From the IMG/VR virus record IMGVR_UViG_3300017766_003100, positions 32,001-96,000 of that record: a stretch of DNA of 64,000 nucleotides; one strand, written 5' to 3'. Positions 19,108 to 27,208 of the stretch are shown here, one piece after another. The translations under genes and the position numbers were made by a program. Below the pieces are notes generated by a model. That model had not been told where the DNA came from and ran no database searches. It saw only the letters and a program-made list of their open reading frames with translations. Positions within the stretch are counted from its first letter, which is position 1. Each line of letters begins with the position of its first letter. This DNA comes from a virus (lineage: Duplodnaviria; Caudoviricetes).

Positions 19108-19767
19108 TTACAACTCAAAATTCATTTTTTGTCTTCTTTGAAAGACCATTCTGTCTTCTCTATCGTGATTAGAATTCAAAGAGTGTATAATATCTCTCCC
19201 ACCATATCCCCAATCAGGATGTTGGTGATGGATAATTACTTTATCTATAAAAATTTGTTTTTTCAATAAATTACCAACTGTCATAAATTCATTATCAGCC
19301 CAAAGTGATTTATAGTCAGGATGATAGATATATCCAAATCTTTCGTAATATTTTTTACCTAAAATACATAGAGTATTTAAATCTTTTCTATTTCCATCAT
19401 TGAACCAAAGTATTCCATCTGTGTCAGGATAATTAATGACCATATTGAATCTTATTTGTTCGTCATATCCTTTTTCAATAGGAATCATATCATCAGAGGC
19501 AAGTAGAATAATGTCCCAATCACCTAATTCAATGTCACGATTAACTGCATGTATTTTATTATTACTTTTACCAAAAACAAATCTAAGATTTTCATATGAT
19601 TTTAATTTATCAATGACTTCTTGGTTATTCATTGAGTCATCATCATAATCTAATGTTAGCAAAAACTCAATTTTTGATAAATCTGTTGCAAAGTCATAAT
19701 ACTTTTGAAGTACTTCAAAAAATTTATCTTTTCTGTTTCTTGTTGGGAATTTAATTAAAATTTTCAT
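19108..19767 (-). CDS. Glycosyltransferase, GT2-like
   Basis: LIKFPTRNR, KIHAVNR, ILLASDDMIP. Confidence 0.75.
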   Translation of the reverse strand: MKILIKFPTRNRKDKFFEVLQKYYDFATDLSKIEFLLTLDYDDDSMNNQEVIDKLKSYENLRFVFGKSNNKIHAVNRDIELGDWDIILLASDDMIPIEKGYDEQIRFNMVINYPDTDGILWFNDGNRKDLNTLCILGKKYYERFGYIYHPDYKSLWADNEFMTVGNLLKKQIFIDKVIIHHQHPDWGYGGRDIIHSLNSNHDREDRMVFQRRQKMNFEL

Positions 19768-19769
19768 TT

Positions 19770-20336
19770 TTAGTGTCTAACATTATACATTACTTCAGGA
19801 GTAATTACAAATTTATTTGATTGTTTTTTCAATTCCATCAGAAAATCAAAATCTTCACCATCTCTATTTTGGGAAAAAAACAACTCCTTAAAAATAGTTT
19901 TTTTGTAACAGAAAGAAATACCAACTGTTGCAAATTTTAATTCATTTAAATGAAATGGAGGTAAAACTAAACCATTTTCATATGCCATTCTCCAAACAAC
20001 AAAATCATATTTATTATATTTTTCAAACAATATTTTAACATAATCTTTATTAATGGTATCATCATCATCCAAAAAACCAATCCATTCTGTATCAACTAAT
20101 TTTATACCTTCGTTTCTAACCAATCCTGATTGTCCATTTTTAGGACCAACTAATCCTATCTTATCAATCTTAATTGTTTTGACTCTATTATCATCAAATG
20201 ATTCACCATCAACACCATCATAAACAACTATCGCTTTCCAATTTGATACAGATTGTTGTATCAAAGATTGTATAGTTCTTTTAAGTGTTGGTCTATTTAA
20301 TGATGGTATTATAAATGTTATATTATTCTCAATCAT
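19770..20336 (-). CDS. Glycosyltransferase family 2
   Basis: ITFIIPSLNR, VVYDG, RNEGI, WIGFLDDDD, GEDFDF. Confidence 0.9.
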   Translation of the reverse strand: MIENNITFIIPSLNRPTLKRTIQSLIQQSVSNWKAIVVYDGVDGESFDDNRVKTIKIDKIGLVGPKNGQSGLVRNEGIKLVDTEWIGFLDDDDTINKDYVKILFEKYNKYDFVVWRMAYENGLVLPPFHLNELKFATVGISFCYKKTIFKELFFSQNRDGEDFDFLMELKKQSNKFVITPEVMYNVRH

Positions 20337-20337
20337 A

Positions 20338-21849
20338 TTATTGTGTAAATAAAATTTTATCTTTTAATTTCATTAAATTTTTCTTAACAAATGGCGTTAA
20401 AGTTTGATTAAAGTCATATTCAATCACTTTCATATTACCCTCAACATATCTGGTTTTACTTTCGTAATGATAGGCGGTATGTGTTCCTACGTTATAATTT
20501 TCAAAACCTATAAGTAGTAATTTTAAATTTAATTCAACATCTTCAAAACAATCAATATATTCCTCATTAAACATACCAATTTGTCTAAATGTATTTGTAT
20601 TAATCATCATTAATCCCGCAGTATTTCCAATACACTTTGTAATATCTTTATTAAAATTATAATATGACCATCTATTACGATTAACAATACTAAGTCCCAT
20701 ATTTGATAATTTAAGTCCAACTAAAATTCCATCGTGCTGAATAGTATTGTCATCATAATGTAGTCTGCAACCAACAGTCCCTACTTTAGATTTAATATTA
20801 TAAACATTTAACATTCCACTAATAACATCAGAAGTAAGTTTAATATCATTATTACAGAATAAAATATACTGATGTGTTTTATCCAAATGATTTTTAACAA
20901 CATCATTATTTATCTTTGCAAAATTATAATAATCATATTTGATTAATTTTATATTATCCAAACTATTAACCAATTCTTCAATTACATTAATTTCTTCCTC
21001 AGTTGAACCAGTGTCAGCAATAAAGATATCAAATAATTTAGGATTACAATATTCATAAAAAGAATCAATACATTGAATTAACAATTCTATATTACCCTTT
21101 GTTGGTATAATTACCCCAACTTTACCTTTCAATTTAACATCTTTAATTTTGACTTCAGGAGTATAAATTGATGTTGGTTTTAAATCCAAAGGTAATACAT
21201 CTTTATATTTTCCAACAAACTTAATTTTACTATCAAAGAATTCCTGATTAGGTTGTCCCACAGATTCGTGAGTTATTTCAAATGAAGATGTGACCCCAAT
21301 TTTAATTCCATCCAAATAGTTTGGTACACAAAATCCGTGGTCATAAAAATGAAACTTACCAATTGTTTCATCAAACTTATGTTTAATTTTTGTCTTATCA
21401 AAAGACATAAATAAACCATCAATTGTAACTACTGGAATTAAAAATGGTAATTTAGGGGAATAGTTGTTAATCCATTTCTTTTGTCCTTCAGGATGATGCC
21501 AAACTTGACCAACCATAGTTAAATTCATTCTCTCCCAATAAACTCCTGATTCAGGAAAATAACAAGAACCAGCTTTTCCAATTATACCGAATTTGGGGTA
21601 ATTGGAAAAATCTTCCATTAATTTAATACCCCAATTTTTTTCAAGTTTAATATCATTATGGCAACAAACAACAATATCATATATTGATTCCGTTATTCCA
21701 CTATTGTAAACTTCGGCCAAAGAATATTGATTATTGTTTTGATATTCCAATATCTGAACGTCATTAAGACCCACACTAGTTTGAAGGTGGGTCTTAAATT
21801 TTTCGTTATATTCTTTATCTTTATGTGTTGAATAAATTATTGTTATCAT
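20338..21849 (-). CDS. Two-domain glycosyltransferase (GT-A + GT2)
   Basis: N-domain YNSGI..S.YDIVVCCHND; C-domain GVIIPT, DTGS, ILFCNND, EDVELNLK. Confidence 0.8.
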   Translation of the reverse strand: MITIIYSTHKDKEYNEKFKTHLQTSVGLNDVQILEYQNNNQYSLAEVYNSGITESIYDIVVCCHNDIKLEKNWGIKLMEDFSNYPKFGIIGKAGSCYFPESGVYWERMNLTMVGQVWHHPEGQKKWINNYSPKLPFLIPVVTIDGLFMSFDKTKIKHKFDETIGKFHFYDHGFCVPNYLDGIKIGVTSSFEITHESVGQPNQEFFDSKIKFVGKYKDVLPLDLKPTSIYTPEVKIKDVKLKGKVGVIIPTKGNIELLIQCIDSFYEYCNPKLFDIFIADTGSTEEEINVIEELVNSLDNIKLIKYDYYNFAKINNDVVKNHLDKTHQYILFCNNDIKLTSDVISGMLNVYNIKSKVGTVGCRLHYDDNTIQHDGILVGLKLSNMGLSIVNRNRWSYYNFNKDITKCIGNTAGLMMINTNTFRQIGMFNEEYIDCFEDVELNLKLLLIGFENYNVGTHTAYHYESKTRYVEGNMKVIEYDFNQTLTPFVKKNLMKLKDKILFTQ

Positions 21850-22457
21850 ATTCCAGTTGAACCAAAACCTTTATCAGCTCTATCAGTTTTATTTATGTCT
21901 TTCTTCTTAACCAAATTAACCCACTTTCCATTAACCACAGAAGTTAATACAGCTTGGGCAATCTTCATTCCTTTATTCACCACAAATTCGTGATTATTAA
22001 CATTGAATAGAATAACTTTAACTTCACCAGTATAACTATTATCAACAGTACCTGGTGAGTTTAACACCATAAGACCTTGTTTTAATGCCAAACCACTTTT
22101 TGACCTAACTTGGATTTCATACCCATCCTTTATTTCAAAAGCCAAACCAGTGGAAACTAATGCTCTTCCAAATGGGGGTAGAAGAACTTCTTCAGTTGAA
22201 TATAAATCAAATCCTGAATCACCATCATAATTATAAAATGGTTCAACAGCATCAGGATTTAGTTTAACAAAACCAAGGTCTAATTTTGGACTATAATTCA
22301 ACATATCTTCTTCAAGTTGTTTTAAATCCAAACCAAATTCTTCATAAATCATATCATAATCAATATCCCCACCTTTTTCATTTTCTTCAATTAACTTTTC
22401 AAGTTTTGAAGCGTATTCACCAATGTTTTCTAGTTTACTTAAATCATTTATATTCAT
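21846..22457 (-). CDS. dut: dUTPase (trimeric type) with N-terminal extension
   Basis: SGFDL, VRSKSGLA, NSPGTVDNSYTGEVKVIL, KIAQAV, RADKGFGSTG. Confidence 0.95.
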   Translation of the reverse strand: MNINDLSKLENIGEYASKLEKLIEENEKGGDIDYDMIYEEFGLDLKQLEEDMLNYSPKLDLGFVKLNPDAVEPFYNYDGDSGFDLYSTEEVLLPPFGRALVSTGLAFEIKDGYEIQVRSKSGLALKQGLMVLNSPGTVDNSYTGEVKVILFNVNNHEFVVNKGMKIAQAVLTSVVNGKWVNLVKKKDINKTDRADKGFGSTGI

Positions 22458-23164
22458 TTCAAATCTTTTAATTTTTTAACAATATGAATAAGGACATCAA
22501 CATCCTTTTCACAATATTCACTTATACCTTTTAGGTTTTGTTTTTCCCAATATTCATTATGTACATTTTCTCCAACCACTTCTCCATTTTTTGGAGTTTC
22601 AATACCAATAGTTGAACACAACAAATCCAAAGAACCTATTGAGGTATAAGCACCATATTGCCAAATTTCTTTGGTGTCAATAGCTTTTATTTCCCAAGGT
22701 TTGGTATCATAACTTGGTAAGATTGATGGCGGCATTAATCCATTGATAATCATACGTTTTGCCAACATTGGTATATCAAAATTTTTAAGATTATGACCAC
22801 ACAACCAAAAATCTAATTTACCACATTTAATTAATAACTTTTGTACATCAGATAAAAGTTTATATTCATCATCATTACAAAAAGTTTGTTTTCTAATTTC
22901 TCCATTATCCAAAACAAATGCAAAACTAATACAAACTATTTTTGCAAATTCAGGAACTAATCCAGCGCGTTTTATAAAAACTTGATTCTTTTGGTCAATT
23001 TCAATATCAGAATCTTCTGGAAATCTTTTAAGAAACCAATCAAAATACTTATCAAATTGTTGTGCAACAATTGGATTTAAATTTGAACATACGTCATAGT
23101 TAGGACAACCACCAACAGTTTCAATGTCCATAAACAAAATCTTAGAAATTGGAATTTTTATCAT
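22454..23164 (-). CDS. PolB-type 3'-5' exonuclease (DEDD, stand-alone)
   Basis: LFMDIET, GHNLKNFDIP, YCEKDV. Confidence 0.85.
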   Translation of the reverse strand: MIKIPISKILFMDIETVGGCPNYDVCSNLNPIVAQQFDKYFDWFLKRFPEDSDIEIDQKNQVFIKRAGLVPEFAKIVCISFAFVLDNGEIRKQTFCNDDEYKLLSDVQKLLIKCGKLDFWLCGHNLKNFDIPMLAKRMIINGLMPPSILPSYDTKPWEIKAIDTKEIWQYGAYTSIGSLDLLCSTIGIETPKNGEVVGENVHNEYWEKQNLKGISEYCEKDVDVLIHIVKKLKDLK

Positions 23165-23168
23165 AGTT

Positions 23169-24383
23169 TTATTTTATAAGTGATTTGTACCATTCAGCTC
23201 TATCTTTTGTAATCTTTTTAAGACTATACTTGTCTTTAACTGTCTCGTATAATCTTTCACCCAAATCTACAACTAAATTTGGATTATACACAAGAGTTTT
23301 GATATTTTTTGCCCAATCAGCGTGATTTCTTTGTTCTTTAACCAAAAGTGCATTACCATCCGTAAATTTACCAAACTCTAATGAATGTTTCAAATCAATG
23401 GTGTAAGGTCCTACTTCCGATGCAATCAAAGCTCTTTTATAAAATCCCGCTTCAATAACTTTTAATTGAGATTTAACTCGATTAAAGATATGGTTTTTAA
23501 TTGGGGCTAAAGATATATCAAATTTGGAATAATTTGTAGCATAAGTATTAACAGGTTTAGTCCAAACTCTTCTGTATGGTAAACTACTTTCATCATTATA
23601 TTCAGCTTCTCTAAATTCAGATAAAAATTGTTTGTACTGAGGCGTTACAATGTTATAATTGTTAGTGAAGATTTCTTCATATCTCGCCCATACAGTTTCT
23701 TCAGGTTTAATAGCTCTTTGTTTTCTTTCACCAGTTTGAGGATTAATTTCAGTAATAGTTCCTCTTGTATCAAAACCACATAGAACGTACTGAATCTTAT
23801 TGTTTAGTTGACTATTTTTACCAACAAATCCCTCCAATAGTTTTAAGTCGTGAAAGTGGGAAGAACCTCCTAACCATCCTACTCTAATTCTATCAGATTC
23901 CTCAATAGGTTGTTTAAATTGTGGTTCATCAGGATTAATACCATTAGGGAATACAACGACATTTCTATTCAATTTTCTAATCTCATCAGCAAAAATACTA
24001 GTTGTAGTTGTAATATAACTTGCAACTTTAAGATTTGCCATAATTTTTTCATGGATTTTATCTTGAACAATTAATTGGTGAATTGGATGTTCTTTGCCTG
24101 GTAACCAATAATCATCCAAATCAACAACAACAATGATTCCTTGTGATTTTAGAAAATTTATTATGTTTGGGGTTTGTTCATAATTTGCTCCAATGTTTCT
24201 GTGGATGTGAACAATTTGATATTGTTTCCAATAATTCAAATTATTTATTTGTGGTTGATAATCTATATCCACATAGAAATCATCAGGATACATATTTTGT
24301 AACATAACGTGGGGGTCTACAGAACGAAATTTTCCTACACCAGTTGTGTCACTTGGGAGTACTAATACTTTTATTTTTGACAT
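23169..24383 (-). CDS. Glycosyltransferase, GT-B fold
   Basis: DLDDYW, RVGWLGGSSH, DISLAP...KSQLKVIEAG..ALIAS. Confidence 0.75.
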   Translation of the reverse strand: MSKIKVLVLPSDTTGVGKFRSVDPHVMLQNMYPDDFYVDIDYQPQINNLNYWKQYQIVHIHRNIGANYEQTPNIINFLKSQGIIVVVDLDDYWLPGKEHPIHQLIVQDKIHEKIMANLKVASYITTTTSIFADEIRKLNRNVVVFPNGINPDEPQFKQPIEESDRIRVGWLGGSSHFHDLKLLEGFVGKNSQLNNKIQYVLCGFDTRGTITEINPQTGERKQRAIKPEETVWARYEEIFTNNYNIVTPQYKQFLSEFREAEYNDESSLPYRRVWTKPVNTYATNYSKFDISLAPIKNHIFNRVKSQLKVIEAGFYKRALIASEVGPYTIDLKHSLEFGKFTDGNALLVKEQRNHADWAKNIKTLVYNPNLVVDLGERLYETVKDKYSLKKITKDRAEWYKSLIK

Positions 24384-24443
24384 AATTTATATATTTTATC
24401 CCAAATAATAACAATAAATTTTTATTAATTCAATAGAATAGGG

Positions 24444-24491
24444 ATAAAAAAACGAAACCCCACAACTTGAATTTCTTCAGGGGATGTGGGG
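24444..24491 (-). terminator. Intrinsic terminator after 24516-25124
   Basis: CCCCAC (24458-63)/GTGGGG (24486-91) hairpin followed on the minus strand by a T-tract. Confidence 0.65.
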
Positions 24492-24515
24492 AATAAGATA
24501 TTAAATTATTAAAAA

Positions 24516-25124
24516 TTATTTTACTTTTTTAATACGTGTGACTTTACCTTCAAATATATGACTACCAACTCTGAATTGGAATACGTCATTTGTTTTACTA
24601 TCACTTTCAATAAGTAAACCATTTTCACCTAATACTTCTTCTATAGTTTCTCTAATCATATCTTTCAATGTGTTCTTATCAAAGTTTAAGTTTGTATTTT
24701 GATACTTTGAAGATTCTTGAACTTGTTGTTTTTGTCCTTGGAATGGTGACTTATTATTTGCCACATCATTTTTCATTAATCTTGACGCTTTCTCAATTAA
24801 ATCATTACTTAACACTGAAGAACTTCCCATACTACTTGGTTGTGTAATTGGATGTTCAATCATAAGTCTTTTAATTTCATCAGGTAACTTAGATTGCAAA
24901 ATTCTTTCTTTTGATGGTAATTCATTATTAGGTCTAATCGTAGGTTGTGATTCCATCATTAAATCTTGTGGTAGATTATAATTAATATTTGGAGTTTGAA
25001 ACTCTTGTAATTCAGGAGTTTGTGGTATATTTCCTTGGACGTGTCCTCTAGGAATTTGATTATGAACATCCATTATTTTTTTGGACATTGCTAATTTTTG
25101 TAATAAACTATTTTCGTTTAACAT
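24516..25124 (-). CDS. Hypothetical protein (202 aa, Q/P-rich)
   Basis: Long ORF; small C-terminal beta domain FQFRVGSHIFEGKV. Confidence 0.65.
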   Translation of the reverse strand: MLNENSLLQKLAMSKKIMDVHNQIPRGHVQGNIPQTPELQEFQTPNINYNLPQDLMMESQPTIRPNNELPSKERILQSKLPDEIKRLMIEHPITQPSSMGSSSVLSNDLIEKASRLMKNDVANNKSPFQGQKQQVQESSKYQNTNLNFDKNTLKDMIRETIEEVLGENGLLIESDSKTNDVFQFRVGSHIFEGKVTRIKKVK

Positions 25125-25127
25125 ATA

Positions 25128-25520
25128 TTAAATATTTTCATCAAATTTTACATTTATTATAACCGTTTTCATTGTCTTATCACCATTTGGGTTATAATTT
25201 GGTCTTGGCGTTGCAAACTTATCACCAGTTTTAGAAAATGATAAGATTTTATCTAATCTAAACAATCTCCATCCTGGTATAGGTCTTGTCCCTAATAATC
25301 CTCTATGACTCGCACCTTCAATATCCCAAGCTCTCAAAACTGGATTACCTGCTTTACTATAACTAAAACAAACTGGTTCAATTTCACGTAAACCTTTTCC
25401 ACCAGGTTCATCACCATCATAATAGATGACAATCCTATTTTTATTTCTGATAGCATCAATAACACTTTCAATTGAGGCTACTTCTAAAATAAGAGACTTA
25501 GCAATATTGTAAAGTTTCAT
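25128..25520 (-). CDS. Stand-alone WYL-domain protein
   Basis: IVIYY...REIEP...VLRAWD...GWRLFRLDKI, WYL-domain C-terminal signature. Confidence 0.8.
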   Translation of the reverse strand: MKLYNIAKSLILEVASIESVIDAIRNKNRIVIYYDGDEPGGKGLREIEPVCFSYSKAGNPVLRAWDIEGASHRGLLGTRPIPGWRLFRLDKILSFSKTGDKFATPRPNYNPNGDKTMKTVIINVKFDENI

Positions 25521-25813
25521 TATGCACTTGGGGTTGTATATGGTTTGTTTGATTGATATTCATTTATCACTATTTGAGCTCTTCTTTCAACAATATCTTG
25601 TATTGCACCTGCGGTCTCATTGTACACATCAAGGAAATCACCAGTTCCTTTTCCTTGTGCATCACCATCGGCTAAAGCATCAGGATTTACCGCTGAATAT
25701 GCGTTACCCGTTGAGAAATCATTTTTAGGTAATAGTTTTTTTCTTTCAGCTTCAGCTATTGCTGATAAGTCGTTCTTGGGTTGTTCGAAATTTAATGGTT
25801 CTGTAACTGCCAT
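25520..25813 (-). CDS. Hypothetical protein (97 aa)
   Basis: Co-oriented ORF tightly packed in the operon. Confidence 0.65.
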   Translation of the reverse strand: MAVTEPLNFEQPKNDLSAIAEAERKKLLPKNDFSTGNAYSAVNPDALADGDAQGKGTGDFLDVYNETAGAIQDIVERRAQIVINEYQSNKPYTTPSA

Positions 25814-25814
25814 A

Positions 25815-26288
25815 TTACATTATTTTTTTTAATAAATTATTTATCCTTTTAAGGCTTTCAGTAACTTCCAAATTATATTTTGCAAGTGTACTTTTATGTT
25901 CTTGACTTGTTCTTAAATCGTGACCAACGTTTTGGTCTTTTTCGTGTGGTTGAATAAATTGATTAGGTAGAACTACTGACCTTATTTCTTTTGTTCTATA
26001 CGCGTCATCTCTCATTGAGTTTAAAGTTTGATTTACCCAATTCTTCATATAATCACCCCCATTTAATACAAATGGTTTGTCAGTATTATTACCTTGAAAA
26101 TTATCAAAGAAATTTTTGATTCTTTTCAATTGTTGGTAAGTAACATAACCCGTATCTCTAAGTTCTCTGTTTCTCCTAAATCCCTCAACACTATCATCGG
26201 CATCAGGTACAACGTCATTACATTGTTTAAGATAAACAACAACTTCTTCAGGTAATTCTATCTTTTCTCCGTATAAATCTTTATTCAC
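25815..26288 (-). CDS. Hypothetical protein (157 aa)
   Basis: Co-oriented ORF overlapping its neighbour. Confidence 0.65.
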   Translation of the reverse strand: MNKDLYGEKIELPEEVVVYLKQCNDVVPDADDSVEGFRRNRELRDTGYVTYQQLKRIKNFFDNFQGNNTDKPFVLNGGDYMKNWVNQTLNSMRDDAYRTKEIRSVVLPNQFIQPHEKDQNVGHDLRTSQEHKSTLAKYNLEVTESLKRINNLLKKIM

Positions 26289-27156
26289 CTTGTTTTAATA
26301 TATTAATAAGTTTAGATATACTAATTCCTTCTTTCTTTGCCAATTTTTTTATTGATTCCAAATTTTTTGAGATAATCTTACTCAATCCACTTGTCTCATT
26401 ATCTTTTTCCATTATCTCGTGGTCGTTACCTTTTTTTGTTAAAATATCTTCGACCATTTTCATCATTTTCTGTTTTTTGATTTCCTCCAAATATTCTTTT
26501 TCAGTTAATCTTCTCTTAGCAAAACAATTTTTACATTTACCTCTTTGTTTTTGGTTTTTTAAAGATTTGTCAAGTTTTTTATCAAAACCTAATGTTTCCA
26601 ATCTATCATTCATTTCAATATCATCTTCAATACCCATATCCGATAAAATATGTTCAGCTTCGTCATAACTTTTAGCATTTTCAGTTTCTTTATAACCAAA
26701 AGCATCGGAAAAATCTATTTCAGAAATAACATCATCGTTTTCGTCTTCACTTTCACCATAATAAACACGATAACCTCTTGTAACAGGGTCATTTGAAATC
26801 CTTGTATTAACAACAGTTTGGTCCATTGTTTTTCTAGGCGCTAAGTACATATTATATATTGGTGTCTTAGATGTCAACATTGTACCATCACTATCCACAT
26901 ATTCATCAATTTCAATGTTATCCATTTGTTTATCAATTTCACCTTTAGATACTTTCTTTTTTGATTTGATAAACTTATCAATTGACTTTTTAACTTTTTC
27001 TAAACTCTTGGTTTTAAATTGTCTTTTCTCCTCTTTATTTTTTGATTCATTCAAAGTACTACTATAGACACTATAAGATACAACCACCTTATCACCATTA
27101 ACCTTTAGGTTAAAGTAACAATTGTCATTAAAATACTCTTTATTAAAATTAATCAT
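26281..27156 (-). CDS. Hypothetical protein (291 aa, K/E-rich)
   Basis: First gene of the minus-strand unit; GTATTTAT upstream. Confidence 0.65.
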   Translation of the reverse strand: MINFNKEYFNDNCYFNLKVNGDKVVVSYSVYSSTLNESKNKEEKRQFKTKSLEKVKKSIDKFIKSKKKVSKGEIDKQMDNIEIDEYVDSDGTMLTSKTPIYNMYLAPRKTMDQTVVNTRISNDPVTRGYRVYYGESEDENDDVISEIDFSDAFGYKETENAKSYDEAEHILSDMGIEDDIEMNDRLETLGFDKKLDKSLKNQKQRGKCKNCFAKRRLTEKEYLEEIKKQKMMKMVEDILTKKGNDHEIMEKDNETSGLSKIISKNLESIKKLAKKEGISISKLINILKQGE

Positions 27157-27171
27157 TACAAATTTTTCTTA

Positions 27172-27198
27172 ATAAATACTTTGATTTAGAGTATTTAT
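27172..27198. promoter_or_regulatory. Back-to-back divergent RTATTTAT motifs
   Basis: GTATTTAT on minus at 27172-27179 and on plus at 27191-27198, between divergent genes. Confidence 0.65.
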
Positions 27199-27208
27199 CA
27201 TTAAAAAT

